Positions 13,033-26,693 of a stretch of 64,000 nt of DNA are shown in pieces. The first letter of the stretch is position 1; each line of letters starts with the position of its first letter. The notes beneath the pieces were generated by a model. It made no database searches. It saw only the letters and a list, made by a program, of their open reading frames with translations, and was not told where the DNA came from. Position numbers and translations under genes: made by a program. The stretch is from Hemiscyllium ocellatum (Eukaryota): contig NC_083445.1 in assembly GCF_020745735.1 (NCBI RefSeq), forward strand, positions 12,834,001-12,898,000, read 5' to 3'.

Positions 13033-13759
13033 GCGGTAATTTCAAATTCAATGTATTCTTTTAGCCAATACAGTAACACATTTCACGATTGGCTTCAGTT
13101 CATTTAGTATTCTTTGACTGTTTCCTTGTACCTGGTCATCACTTCCCTGTAAACTAAGCTGTGGGAGAAATGGAAACATTACTGCAAGACTGTTGCTGTC
13201 ATTAAACTACAGTGTATTCTGTTCATGGGTGTGTCCTGTGGCTGGCCTAGTTTATAATCCTCTTGATTACAGTTAGAAATACCACTCTCGTGGTTTGACT
13301 CACGTGTATGTTATCCACTTTCAGAGATCCTGTTTCACTCTCTCTATGACTTCATAGGTTCACACCAGCAGGTTCTGATTTACTCATTTGCAATTGGATT
13401 TGATGGCCAGAGACTGTGAGAGTGCCCTCTTCAGGGCAACATTATAAAAACAATAATGTCACCTCTGCAATTTGAAGCTTATGTATAAATAAATAATCGC
13501 TTAATTTCTCTAAGGGGTTTTCAATAAGTTAGCTTTAACCTCGTAAAGAGACAATATCTTCAGGATTGAGGAGAGTGGAGATAAAATGTAATTCCGTTTT
13601 CATTTTTCTGTTCTTGATTTTGACCCCATTCTATTCCTTTTGTCAGCCTGTTTATTTCTGCAGAATAATTGTGAGGTGGTTGATGTTGTGTAAGGTAATG
13701 GTTCTGAAAGGATTAACATTACACTGGTTTCACCCATTCTGCTGAGGTTATGCACCGTC

Positions 13760-14586
13760 TATAGGAGATGGCACCTGAGCTCTCATCAACTCAGTGAAAG
13801 ATGTTCTTTGATCTGCCCGAAACCTGTGGGTCTTCCAGGCTGTTCCCCAAGACGCACACCAAGACAAACATCAACTGTGGCTGGAGGACCATCAACACGG
13901 TGAAAGACACTCTTTGGTCTGGCCAAAACCAGAGCAAGGAGTTGACCCTGACTGAGTGTTGCAGACTGGCACATTCCATGGTTATGGGCGCCACGGTGGC
14001 ACAGTGGTTAGCACTGCTGTCTCACAGCGCCTGAGACCCGGGTTCAATTCCTGACTCAGGCGACTGACTGTGTGGAGTTTGCACGTTCTCCCCGTGTCTG
14101 CGTGGGTTTTCTCCGGGTGCTCCGGTTTCCTCCCACAGTCCAAAGATGTGCGGGTCAGGTGAATTGGCCATGCTAAATTGCCCGTAGTGTTAAGTGAGAG
14201 GTAAATGTAGGGGTATGGGTGGGTTGCACTTCGGCGGGTCGGTGTGGACTTGTTGGGCCGAAGGGCCTGTTTCCACACTGTAAGTAATCTAATCTACATG
14301 CTGAGGGAGGCAGTAAAGCTTGGAGCAGCTGCTGCCAAGGCACAGTGGGAAAAGACCACCACCTGAGGTCATCCTGCTGAAGGTAAATGGGGGTCTATCA
14401 AGTTACTGAACACTCCCAGTGTGATATAGTCTGTTTCAAGTAAATGCCAGTGGTTTGTTTGGATAGAGTCAAACTCCAATGTTTATTTGTTCCCTTGATG
14501 AGCTACCGTACAGAACAAAACCATGCTTGTGACTATATATATGTATAATTTTTTTTAATGAATAAAATATATTTTTGAAATAAAAA
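13760..14586 (+). mobile_element. Tx1/L1-type LINE 3' fragment interrupted by the SINE at 13986
   Basis: LFPKTHTKTNINCGWRTINTVKDTLWS..LTECCRLA; AATAAA and A-rich end; similar 3' end at about 59230-59357. Confidence 0.6.
13986..14295 (+). mobile_element. HE1-like tRNA-derived SINE, young copy
   Basis: A box tggcacagtgg, B box gggttcaattcc, CR1-like tail ending taatctaatct; CpGs retained. Confidence 0.9.
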
Positions 14587-15420
14587 GAATCTGTGGGAGA
14601 TGGTGAGTTCTGCTGTAGTTGTACTAGCTCCCTTAGTACTAGAGTCCCTACATTACAGAAAAAAGGTAATTCAGCCCATCAAGGACCTTCTGAAGAGCAT
14701 CCTACCCAAACATCTTTGGATTGTGGGAGGAAACCCACACAGACAGGACATTCAAATTCTACAAGGCTGGAATTGACTCCAGGTCTTGAGTGCTGTGAGC
14801 TAAGAGAGCTAGCCACTCTGCCACCCGATATGTTTAACCACATGTGGTTGTATTTTTTGCCACCATGCATGTCATTTAAGATCAGTGTCTCCTCTTTGAT
14901 ATTTCATGGTGCTATATCCTCGACCACTAGTCAGCCGATTGACCCAAGACAAAGGAAATACAAAAGAGGATTGGTGACAGTGAGCCACCTCAAACACTGC
15001 TTACCCAGTACAAATATGGGTAGAGGTGGAAAATACCACAAGGTGCCACGAGTGGTCAATCTACAACAACAACAGGGTGCCAACCTAACAGCATGCACCT
15101 GAAAGAAGGTGCATACGAGTGAATTACCTCGAATTAATAATCATTACAACCGCAGAGGTGAGAATGTAATTCTGTCACAAAATGGTGGGTTCTCAGAAGA
15201 CCAACAACTTGTATTTATACAACACCTTGAACATAACAAAAGGTCCCAAGGACTTCTCAGGAGAGTAACAGTTGGAGTATTTGTCCAAAATCTTGGTCAA
15301 AGGGGATTTTAAGGAGCATCCCTAACTGAGGAGGGAGGTTCTGAAGCCTGTCGCTTAGGCAGCTGAAGGTGGGAGAGTGGGTTGCGGAGTGATTATAATC
15401 AGGGATACACAAGGACTTCA

Positions 15421-15732
15421 CGGGCGGCACGTTGGCACAGGGGTTAGCACTGCTGCCTCACAGCACCAGAGACCCGCGTTCAATTCCTGCCTCAGGCGAC
15501 TCTCTGTGTGGAGTTTGCACATTCTCCCTGTGTCTGCGTGGGTTTCCTCCGGGTGCTCCGGTTTCCTCCCACAATCCAAAAATGTGTAGGTGAGGTGAAT
15601 TAGCCACGCTAAATTGCCCGTAGTGTTAGGTGAAGGGGTAAATGTAGGGGAATGGGTCTGTGGGTTTCGCTTCGGTGGGTTGGTATGGACTTGTTGGGCC
15701 AAAGGGCCTGTTTCCACACTGTAAGTAATCTA
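15421..15732 (+). mobile_element. HE1-like SINE
   Basis: Near-identical to 13986-14295. Confidence 0.9.
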
Positions 15733-16252
15733 AATGGAAGCACTGCAGAGATCTTGTAAGGTGGTGGGGTGGAGGAGTTTACAGAGAGTTGAGGCCATGG
15801 ACGAATTTGAAAATGAGGACAGTAATTTTAAATCAAGGTTGAGCTTAACCAACATTAGTCAGGGACCAGAGGAGTTTATGGTAAAACTGGCCTTTATACA
15901 AGATTTGGCAGAGGCAGCAGCACAAGAGATCAGCTTCGGAAGGTAGAATAGGGAGGCCAGGAGTGTGCTGGAACAGTCAAGTCTCGAGGTAACAAAGGCA
16001 TGAGTGAGGATTTCAGCAACAGACGAGCAGAGACAGAGTTGGGTGATGACACAGAGATTAAAGTAGGTGGTCTTAGATGACATCATGAGATGTGACCTTC
16101 TCGTGACCATCTTACTTGCAAGAGTCTGTGAGTTGATCTGTAGCAGTTAGCCAGACCGAACAGTTAGTGCAGCTTAGTTCAGCAAGTCAATCACTCCACT
16201 ATAACTCTAATGCATGAGTAATGTAAGTGAGCTTATGACCCAGACTGTCTAC

Positions 16253-16877
16253 TGTTATGGACCAGACCATCGAGGAGATAGCCTAGATCCTAACTTTTAT
16301 TTTATTTAAGAGCAAGTGTAAAGTGCTGCGTTCCGGATGTAATTCAATTGGTTACATTACTTCACTTTCAGCAAAACACACTTTATTCTTACCTTACAGT
16401 TAAAATATAAACAAAATAAAGAAGAATTGATGCATCTTTAACTCTAATGGAAAACCAAACAGTGTAATAGATTATTTAGCTACTAAACAGCAATTGAACT
16501 GTCTGAGTTTAGTAACCTGCCATAAACACACCCTTTGCAAAGGCAAAGCAGTGACATAGATTGTCTCACAGGTGATTCCAGTAGCAGAGAGAGAATCCAA
16601 GCTTTTAGCTGTAGCTGAGAGACAGGGATGTAGTAGCTTCCACAACCAGCTTCAAAGCCCTAACAACTGCTTAGTTAAAACTTTGATTCTATGGGAGCCT
16701 GACCCCACCCATTCAGGCTGCTTCTATTGTTCCAACTTAAACAAAAAAAACCCCAAAGCTTCACAACCTGTCTATTATATTGACTAAAAGGAGACAACTT
16801 GTACCTATGGCTTAAAACCTCTCTTCAAAACAAAAACAGGAAAAAAATTCATTTCTTAAAGCCACATCATCATCACA
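16253..16877 (-). mobile_element. Solo LTR, same family as 36853-37461
   Basis: tgttatggaccagacc is the reverse complement of ggtctggtccataaca; internal similarity; no clean TSD. Confidence 0.65.
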
Positions 16878-17388
16878 GATTGAGATGTTGTATCAATGTA
16901 CAGTCAGAGTTGTTGATAAACTTCAAGACATCTGTCTCAATTGTAATCTAGTCTCTGTTATCTGGGTGAACATATATGGGAAAACAACATTGCATTGACA
17001 GATGCTGTCTTTCAGATAAGACATTGTCTGCCCTCCCAACTGAGTAGAAAGAACAACATGTTACTATTTTAAATCCGGGAAAGTAAGAGCTCGCAGTGCC
17101 CTGGCACGTTTGTACCTCTCAACCACACATAAAACAAACAATGTGATTATTGAATTAATTGCTGTTTGTGGGAACTTGCTGTGCATGAAGAAACTGCCAT
17201 GACTCCGACATTATATCAGAGACGACACTTTAAAAAGTACTCCTTCCGTCTGAGGTATCTTGGAGGTTGTGAAGAGTGTGTTGCCTGAACAGTTGATGGA
17301 AGCAGATCCACTTATAACTTTGCCACTGGCCACATTTATGAAGGAGAGCATTTCACAGGGCTTTGGGGAAGGGCATACAGGGCATGGG

Positions 17389-18410
17389 ACTAAATCAGAT
17401 ACCTATTTCAAACAGCCATGCTAGACTGAATGGCCTCCAGTGCTGGACCGTTCCCTGATCCCATATAGGTACAAATCTCTCTGCAGCTTGGTCAGACAAA
17501 GAGTTGGATTGTGAATTGCACTGTAGATATCCACAAACACAGAGACATGTCAGAACACTGCAATTTGATAGTGACAACGGTGATGAACTGGTACAGATGA
17601 TTGGCTAGATACAAAACTCTGGGTTCAGTAGCTGATAGGACCCTCAGGTAACCCTCTGTCTGGAGATTCAAACTGTCCTGGCATTTGCTTCTACTTGATT
17701 CTGCTCACCTTAGCTACAACTCCACTGACTGACCACTCCTGTTCCCCCCCACCCCCTGACAATGGATCTATCCATGATGCTGTTTGCTACTGGATGTGAA
17801 GTCAAGGGCATTGTTTGCTTCCCTTGGCACCTTGAGAAGTGGCACCACCAGAAAGCTGATGGCTTCCACTCAAGGACACAATTCTCCACTCCCTCACCAT
17901 CACCACCACCAGCTCCCTCTCCCACTCCCTCCTCTCTTAAAGATCAAGTTTCTGAAAGCTCTGCCACAGAGTTGCAATGGAGCTAATGAGTGAGATAATT
18001 CCTTTAAGGTGACTGACCAAGGAATGAGGGATAAACCGATGTTTTGGGGGAAATTATCTGTGCAAAGAAGTACTTTTCAGGAGAGCCAAGACCAGCTCCT
18101 TCCTACAGTTTTCATCCAGTCAAGGCATTAAACTTGAAGGGTGACCAATGACTGAACCTCAGTTGGAAATGATCCTGTAAGCATCCATGAACATGGAGGT
18201 CAACAAAATAGTGTACCAGTTCATTCCTGTCATCACCATCAAATCGCAGTATTCTGATACGTCTCTGTGTTTGTGGGTGTCTACGGTGCAATTCACAATC
18301 CAACCCTTTGTTTGATCAAGCTGGGGCCAGAGATATGGGATCAGGGAACGGTTCAGCACAGGAGGCCATTCAGTCTAGCATGGCTGTTTGAAATAGGTAT
18401 CTGATTTAGT
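17389..18410. repeat. Local inverted duplication (about 17389-17595 vs about 18212-18410)
   Basis: Direct reverse-complement match, read by eye. Confidence 0.9.
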
Positions 18411-19642
18411 GAATATGACTTCAACTGACCCTCGGAAATAAACACTGTCAGAAGATTGATATAGCTGGGGTTAGCCATGTCTTACTGTCTGCCACTAAAA
18501 TGATGGTTGTCACATTGAGTGCCTTCATGAAGGTAGATTAAAGGTTTCAGAACTAGTGAGGAGAAATCACCTTGGGAAACAAATAAACATGGGTTGATGG
18601 TAAAGTTACCAACAATAAAGTGTAGAAGGTGTTTTGAGATGTTGTTGCATGGCATTTGAGTCAATTCAATCGCATCTGATTTGTATTTCCTTTCACAGTA
18701 TAAGAATTTGGATTTTTTTCAGAACCAGTCATTTTGCGTTGAATTCCTAGCACCATTTAAGGACTCTGTTTATTCTAAGATTAGCCTGGAATGTCCACGT
18801 TCAAGGGCATGCAGGGCTCCTGTATCAAATGGGCCTGCAACAGTATTGCTGTACGATGCGATGTCCACAGTGTTACAGTCTGTCAACAACACCAGCAACA
18901 AGACTCATCCATTAGTGACATCCCTGACAGAAGAGCTTTTACCTTTGCCCCAGGCTACAGAAGGTGATGACGTGAAGCGGGAGAGGGGAAGCAGACGAGA
19001 ATAACTGTGGTGTGTGAAGAGGACCTGGCCTTGTTTTAAACAAAAAAAATTATGTCTGTTCCATCCTTCTCTGTGAATTTTCCAACCTTTGCTTTGATTT
19101 CTCCTATGATGAATTAAACGCAGTCTATATTTCCCATTTTCATTAAACTTGGTCTAATTTTCCCATTTTAACTTGCTAGTTTAGACTCTTTGTGACTCGG
19201 TAAGGATTCTTCAACCTGATTAATTGAAAAGCTTCTCAGACAGAAACCAGAGATGTCATGGAGCAGGTGGCATGTTGAACCAGAGGATTAGAGCAGGTCT
19301 TCACTCTAAAGCCTGTACTACCCTTGGTGGGCTGTCTTCAGTAAGGTGAGCAGCAAGGACCACTCCTTCATCACTGGACACAACATCCATGCCATGGTTT
19401 GTTAGTTTGAAAGATTGGTTTTGAAAGGTTTGGAATCCGTTAAAGTGAGGCACTTGGCAGTGCCATCATTGCCAACTTGAGGACAGCTCCCATGCCACCT
19501 GATAGCAAAGTCCAAGTGGACTGGGCTATCCTTGTTGAAGGCAAATTTAAGTCAGATTTCTTTTGGACTCTCTGCCCAGTTGGAGGTCCAACCAAAGCGC
19601 TGTTCTCTCTACTAAGGATAAGGCAAGTGGTCAGGTATCTAA

Positions 19643-19738
19643 TGAAGGGCTGATGAAAGGCTTTTGCCCGAAATGTCGATTCTCCTGCTCCTCGGAAACT
19701 GTCCGATCTGCTGTGCTTTCCCAGCACCACACTCTCGA
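19643..19738 (+). mobile_element. Short PLE tail with decayed hammerhead motif
   Basis: ctgatgaaaggcttttgcccgaaatgtcgatt; near-TSD caggt(a/g)tctaa. Confidence 0.75.
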
Positions 19739-21215
19739 CAGGTGTCTAACCCACCCATGCCCCAACAAAGATTGGTGTTGGTACCAATCAGATCTACACC
19801 AGCCATCCAGTTAACTGAGCCAACCAACTCCCCACTGCGCAAAGTAGAAATCCATGGTATAGGGGTAACATATCAGCATGGATAGAAGATTGGCTGGCAG
19901 GCAGAAAGTAGAGAGTATGCAGAAATGGGTCTGTTTCAGAGGGGTAGGGTGTGATGAGAGGGGGCTTGCAAGGGTTTGGGCTATGCTCTCAGCCTTTTAC
20001 AACTTACGTCAATGACTTAGGTGAGGGCATCAAAGGCATTGTGGCTAAAGTTTCAGATGACACTCAGATAGCGAGGAAAGTGTTAAGTGAAGTAGACTTA
20101 GTGATGCAATCCAACAGGGCAAAGATCTGGCAGATGGAGTATAACACGGGAAAATGTGAACTTGTTCACTCTGACTGTAGGAATAAAAACTGCAGAATGT
20201 TACTTAAATTGAGAATCCCTGCAGAATCCCAGGTGCAGGATTAGATGATGAGGCACAAAACATTAATATGCAGCTACAATATGTAATCAGGAAGACTAAT
20301 GGGAGCTAACTTTTATTACAAGAGGAACTGAACATAAAAGTAAAGATATTATGCTTCTATTGTACAGGGCCTTGGTGAAATCACATCCTAAGTACATCTA
20401 GCCACAGATAAATGGTTAAAAACTGTCAGTATATCACACAACAAATGCAAACTTTAATCCCCTGAACTCTCCCACAGGCAGACAAAGACATGGACAGGGA
20501 AATAGGTTACAGACAAAGGAAGACTGGGAAAGTGGTACAATACTCTGTGTTCATAAGATCAGTTGAATTGGTTCTTGTGATCTGAAGGTTTCTTGGCCTG
20601 CTTCCACACTGTAGAGATTCTATGATTCTCAGCTTTTCTCCTGAATGCTCTGGTTTGTGAAAGGCACAGGGTGGCTGATTCACTTGGAAAACATCTCTGA
20701 CTTAGTTCTTAAAAACCATAACAATTGCTGAAGAAAAGATCAACTAGTTTCCTTTGTGGGTTTTGACTTCAGAGTTCAGAGAGACATCTCCTGAACTAGT
20801 GGAGATCCACTGTTGGCAAGCGTAAAGCCTTTACCATTGATAACTGGTCACTAGACCTTAGACCAATCCTTGTCCTCTTGTCAAACAATACTCCACCTGA
20901 ATATAGAATTGCACAGCTCCATTTACCTGCAATCAAAATTTCAATTATTGCTTGCTCAAGCAATTATTTAAGATATGAGAGTTAGGTTACTTGCTTTTCA
21001 AATAATACAGCAATCTTTTCAAACACTTGTTTTAAAACAGTCTTTTCTCAATTCTGTCCACAATTTTAAATAATGCAAAAATGAAAAGACATTATAAGAA
21101 TCACCATATTGCCATGTTTCGGGTTGATTAATTGATTGATTTATTGTTGTCACATTCACTGAGATACAGTGAAAAGTATTGTATTACGTGCTCTAAGGCA
21201 GACCGTACCACACAA

Positions 21216-21593
21216 AGGCGAAAGTGAGGACTGCAGACGCTGGAGATTAGATTAAAGATTAGAGTGGTGCTGGAAAAGCACAGCAAGTCAGGCAGCATCT
21301 GAGGAGCAAGATAATCAACAGGAATGAGGCTGGAAACCTGGGGGGGTGGAGATATAAATGGGAGGGGGTGGAGCTGGGGAAGAAGGTAGCTGGGAGTACG
21401 ATAGGTGGATGGAAGAAAGGGTAAAGGTGATAGGTCGGAGAGGAGGGTGGAGCGGATAGGTGGGAAGGAAGATTGACAGGTGGGACAGGTCATGAGGATG
21501 GTGCTGAGCTGGAACTGGTGTAAGATGGGAGGAGGGGAAATGAGGAAACTGGTGAAGTCCACATTGATGCCCTGGGGTTGAAGGTTTCTGAGG
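21216..21593 (-). mobile_element. PLE 3' fragment nested in a Rex-Babar 3' end (host about 21128-21716, minus strand)
   Basis: Encodes LRNLQPQGINVDFTSFLISPPP; near-TSD c(g/a)taccac(a/g)caaa; host matches 10240-10440 and 49890-50080. Confidence 0.8.
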
Positions 21594-22979
21594 CATACCA
21601 CGCAAATTGTATCAGGGTAGCAAAACAGAGTGCAGAATACAGTGTTACAGCCCTGGAGAAGCTGCAGAGAAAGAGGCCAGAATTAGTATTTGAGAGGTCC
21701 ACTCTAAAATCTGATTAAACCTGAAAGTAGATTTAAGAGAACATTGTTAGTAATTCTGATCGATTTAGAATTGAGGTTCAGAATAGCGGAACAATTATAA
21801 GACATGTAAGAGAAAGATCTGCTATAGACAGCTTGTAAAATGCTGCCACACTGCAGTGCCACCTGGAAAATTGTCAAATTTTGTAACTGTAAAGGTGACT
21901 GATTATACCAGTGAAAACAAATTGACTTTTACATCAATCATTTAGAAATTCCTGGTCACTAACATTATGTCTCCCTTTTAAGATAGAGATAGGACAATTA
22001 TTTTTCTTTCAGAAGGTCATTAAACTGTGGAATTCCCTTCCCCACAGGGATGCGGGATTTTGTGTAACAATCACAGATACGCCTCCCATTTGCCCGGCAT
22101 TTACCTGTGATCGGGTTATGGTAAGAGTTCCCACATTGGCGACAGCACATTAGGGCAGCCAGATTCTAACTTGCCAATAGTCAGACAGACTTGAGACCTC
22201 CTTTCTCACTGAGTTCCCAGTGTCAGTCCCCAAGCATTGGAGCAGCTTTAGGGATCAGTAGAGACACAGTGACCCAGGATAGCTTTTTGACCAACTGAGG
22301 TCAATGCAAACAGAGGGCTATAAGTCACTCTCCAATCTGCTATTGCTTCGTTATCCTGTCCAGTTGAGAGGAATCAAAACTGGCAAAGGAAGCTTCATTT
22401 TTTTCTACCAAATCATCTATTTCCATCCTCCACAATTGTACAGTAAATCATGACTCTGGTATTGTGTTTGTCAGCAATATCAGAACGTATTATATAATTT
22501 GTCTTTCACTGTTTGCTTCCCATAAGGCTCCTGTCCTTTGCTGGTCAGCTCACTGAGTCGTCACTTTCAGATTAACACTTGGACAATTGTTGGTGATTTG
22601 TCCCATTCTGTGTTTTATACAGAGATCTGCTGTCTTCACTGCTAATTTATCTAACACTTCCTCATTTCAGTGACAGTGGCTTTCCTGATGAAGACTGATG
22701 TGCACAGATCATTGAAGGAGACAGAACAGGTGAAGAGAGCAGTAAATAAAGCTTAGTGTTCTTGGCTTTAATAAGAGGGGCATGATATACAAGAGCAAGT
22801 GGGTGATGTTGAACTTGTACAGCACACTTGTTTGGCCCACAGCTGGAATATTGTGTACAGTTTTGGGTGCCATGTTATCAGAATGAGGCAAATGCATTGG
22901 AGGGCGTGCAGAGGCAATTCACTAGAATTGTTCCAGGTACGACGAACATTAGCTTTCAATATTGACTGGGGAATTATTG

Positions 22980-23805
22980 AATCCCTACAATGTGGAAGCA
23001 GGCCATTCAGTTCATTAATCCATACCGATCCTCCGACGAGCATCCCTCCCAGACCTATCCCTGTAACATTGCAATTCCCATGACTAAGCCTACATATCCC
23101 TAGACAATATGGGGCAATTTAGCATGGCCAATTCACCCGACCTGCACATCTTTGAACTGTGGTAGGAAACCAGAGCAAACCCACACAGACACGGGGAGAA
23201 TGTGCAAACTCCACACAGACAGTCACCCGAGACTGGAATCGAACCTGGGTCCCTGCCCTAATTGGGATGAGAAGAAGGCTGAGGGGAGACCTGACAGAAA
23301 CTTTTAAAATCATGAATGAGTCAAACAGAACGGATAGAAGCTGTTTCAGCTTGTAAAAGAAATAAGGAGAGGGCACAGGTCTAAGGTGATATGCAAATGA
23401 AGCAAGGGTATTGTGAGGAAAAACATGTTCACACACTGTGTGGTTGAGATTGGAAGGCTATTGCCTGGAAATAAAGTTGAGGCGGGTTTGATTGTGGCAT
23501 CCAAGAGATTCATAGGATTAGATTAGATTCCCTACAGTGTGGAAACAGCCCCTTCGGCCCAACAAATCCAAACCGACCCTCCGAAGATTAACCCACCCAG
23601 ACCCATTTACCCTCTGACTAATGCACCTAACACTATGGGCAACTTAGAATAGCTAATTCACCTAACTTACACATCTTTGGACTTTGGGAGGAAATCCACG
23701 TAGACACAGGGAGAATGTGCAAACTCCACACAGACAGTCACCCAAGGCTGGAATCGAACCTGGGTCCTTGGTGCTGTGAGACAGCAGTGCTAACCACTGA
23801 GCTGC
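22980..23805 (-). mobile_element. Two HE1-like SINE copies (about 22980-23255 and 23518-23805) within an old CR1
   Basis: Reverse-complement SINE body ggagaatgtgcaaactccacacagacagtc. Confidence 0.8.
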
Positions 23806-24271
23806 AATGTTTCTTCACTAATGACGTTGTACAGGGAGATAGGAAGAAGACAGGAGATTCACACTAGATAATCAAGATAGTACAGGTACCACAGGCTGAA
23901 TGTCTCCTTCTGCACCGTAATCATTCTGTAATGATTCTAGCTCCCCTCTTATTATCTGTGACCAGCTCAGTTCAGCTGGGAACAGTCTCACCTCGGCTTC
24001 AGAAGGTTGTGGACTCCGGTTCCACTCTATGGACTTGAACATAAAGTGTATGCAATCCTGAACAAGTACTGCTCTATCAGAGGTAGCATTTCCACATGCA
24101 GAGTTAAAACGTAATGAAGGTAAAATGTGGGTGTCGGTTAAAAAGTCCCATAATGGAAGATGAAGAAAGGAGATCTCCCTTACCTCCCAGGCCTATATTT
24201 ATATTTAGCTGGCAATTAACACATTGTTTTTTGTGGGATCATACTGTGTGTAAATTGGCTACATGACAACA

Positions 24272-25439
24272 GCTACCCAGATTACACATCCTCCCACCCT
24301 GCCCCTGTAAAAACGCCATCCCATATTCCTTCGCCTTCGCCGCATCTGCTCCCAGGAGGACCAATTCCAAAACCGAACAACCTAGATGGCCTCCTTCTTC
24401 AGAGACCGCAATTTGCCCTCGGACGTGGTTGACAATGCTCTCCACCATATCTCCTCCACTTCCCGCTCCTCCGCCCTTGAACCCTGCCCCTTCAATCGCC
24501 ACCACTGGTCCTCACCTTCCACCACCAACCTCCTGATACATCGTATCATCCTTCGTCATTTTTGCCACCTCCAAACAGACCCCACCACCAAGGATATATT
24601 TCCCTCCCCACCCCTATCAGCGTTCTGGAAAGACCACTCCCTCCGCGACTCCCTTGTCAGATCCACATCCCCCATCAACCCAACTACCACTCCCGGCACC
24701 TTCCCCTGCAACCGCAAGAAATGCATAACTTGCGCCCACACCTCCCCCCTCACTTCCCTCAAGGCCCCAAGGGATCCTTCCATATCCGTCACAAATTCAC
24801 CTGCACCTCCACACACATCATTTACTGCATCCGCTGCACCCGATGTGGCCTCCTCTTTCTTGGGGAGACAGGCCGCCTACTTGCAGAATATTTCAGAGAA
24901 CACCGCTGGGACACCTGCACCAAACAACCCATGGCTGAACACTTTAACTCCCCCTCCCACTCCACCAAGGACATGCAGGTCCTTGGCCTCCTCCATCGCC
25001 AGACCATGGCAACATGACGCTTGGAGGAAGAGCGCCTCATCTTCCGCCTAGGAACCTTCCAACCACAAGGGATGAACTCAGATTTCTCCAGTTTCCTCAT
25101 TTCCCGTCTCCCCACCTTGTCTCAGTCCCAACTCTCAGACTCAGCACCGCCTTCTTGACCTGCAATCTTCTTCCTGACCTCTCCGCCCCCACCCCCTCTC
25201 TGATCTATCACCCTCACCTTAACCTCTTTCCACCTATTGTATTCCCAACGCCCCTCCCCCAAGTCCCCCCTCCCTACCTTTTATCTTAGCTTGCTTGGCA
25301 CACCCTCCTCATTCGTGAAGATGGACTTATGCCTGAAATGTTGATTCTCCTGTTCCTTTGATGCTGCCTGACCTGTTGCACTTTTCCAGCAACACATTTT
25401 TAAGCTCTGATCTCCAGCATCTGCAGTCCTCACTTTCTC
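24272..25439 (+). mobile_element. 5'-truncated Neptune-type PLE (Cys linker + GIY-YIG + 3' UTR), inserted in a Deu-type SINE relic
   Basis: FPCNRKKCITC linker, IIYCIRCTRCG..LGETGR; perfect TSD ctacatgacaaca. Confidence 0.9.
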
Positions 25440-26693
25440 CTACATGACAACACTGACTATACTTCAAAACCAAATGTCATTGACTGAAGGACAATAGGAC
25501 ATACAGAGGTGGTGCTTTAGCAATCAAACAAATGGCTGTCTTTCTTTTATGATGAACCCTAACAGTGTCCAAAGCTTGTTCAGCAACTTAACCAAAAGCT
25601 GTTTGCTTTGAGATGTTTTCACTTGGCTACGAGTTACCCCAGGGTGACCGGTTGCCATGAGAACAATTGACACAATGTGGCCTGACACTTCCACCTCAGT
25701 CAATGAAAAAGCAGGGTCACAGTTGACATATCCCAGCATGCCTGGCTTTACAACCATGCAGCCTGCTCACTCCGATTGGTATTTGGGAACCTCCAGCAGC
25801 ACTGAGGTCATACAGGACCTGAGGACCATTCGTAACAAAACACCCACCCACCCAGCCACAGCAACCTGCTCCAAAGCTGGGTCTTGGAGTGCTGTAAGGA
25901 ATGGGAAAATGCATGTGGTTTTCACAGTAACTGGGTGGCTGAAGGCTTTGTACTGGGGTCATCGCAATGCATCCCATGGATGTGGTGTTTCGCTTTATGC
26001 TTCATCTCTTCATTCCCTGAAGGCAACACGTTTTCATAAACACCAGATTTCCAATCACCAGGCGCATCCCTAGGCCATGTTCCTCACTTGTAAGCTGTGA
26101 TGTTCATCTAATTAGACTTCAGACAGCACTGAACCAGGCCTTTCAGCCCAATCATACAGGGGTTATCTTCCGTGCAAGCAACAATCCTACCCTTGATCCC
26201 TTTATCCCATTTGTCTTCAACTGCCCATGTAAAGCAATGCATCAAACTCAATCCTGTTCACATTCAACATTTATAGCTAAGGGGCAGGTGGTCGCTTTAC
26301 TGGAGGAAGATCTCAGAATGACTTTTCCCCCCTTCCTAATCCAAGGAGTCCTGTTTCCATGGAAGAGCATAGATTGGTAACCAATGAACTTTCTGCTCTC
26401 TGAAAACAACTGGATATCCTACCAGAGCCATGAAGACTGTTGAACCTGGTCTGTAGAGTTTGCTCAGATGGGCAGGGGTGCATTGGATGTTAAAACAGAC
26501 TGCGGACCGGGGTGTGCAAATCATTAAAATGGCATGAACAGAAACTAAAGAAGGATTGACTTATGACCTTTATATATCAAGGTGGGTAGAATACAAGAGG
26601 ACAGAACTCAAGCCTCAGCATACTGATAATGTCAAACCTGGAGTTACTGTGGGTCGTTCTGGGCATCACATTATGAGGTGAGACATTTTGGGT

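Larger units (their letters stand above)
10552..19004 (+). pseudogene. Decayed multi-exon gene for an unrecognised Cys-rich secreted protein
   Basis: Signal-peptide-like ATG exon at 10566, an exon split by CR1 that rejoins in frame, further AG/GT-bounded exon relics with premature stops, and an open terminal exon at 18699-19004 (details in findings). Confidence 0.55.

Noticed and set aside
13986-14060. tRNA genes here and at other A/B-box sites (e.g. about 35128 and 63820-63875)
   Set aside because: They are SINE heads continuing into SINE bodies, with no complete cloverleaf
20400-21125. Possible additional LTR-like segments (also about 28055-28380, 35546-36140 and 62330-62690)
   Set aside because: Composition is suggestive but I could not fix both termini or a TSD by eye
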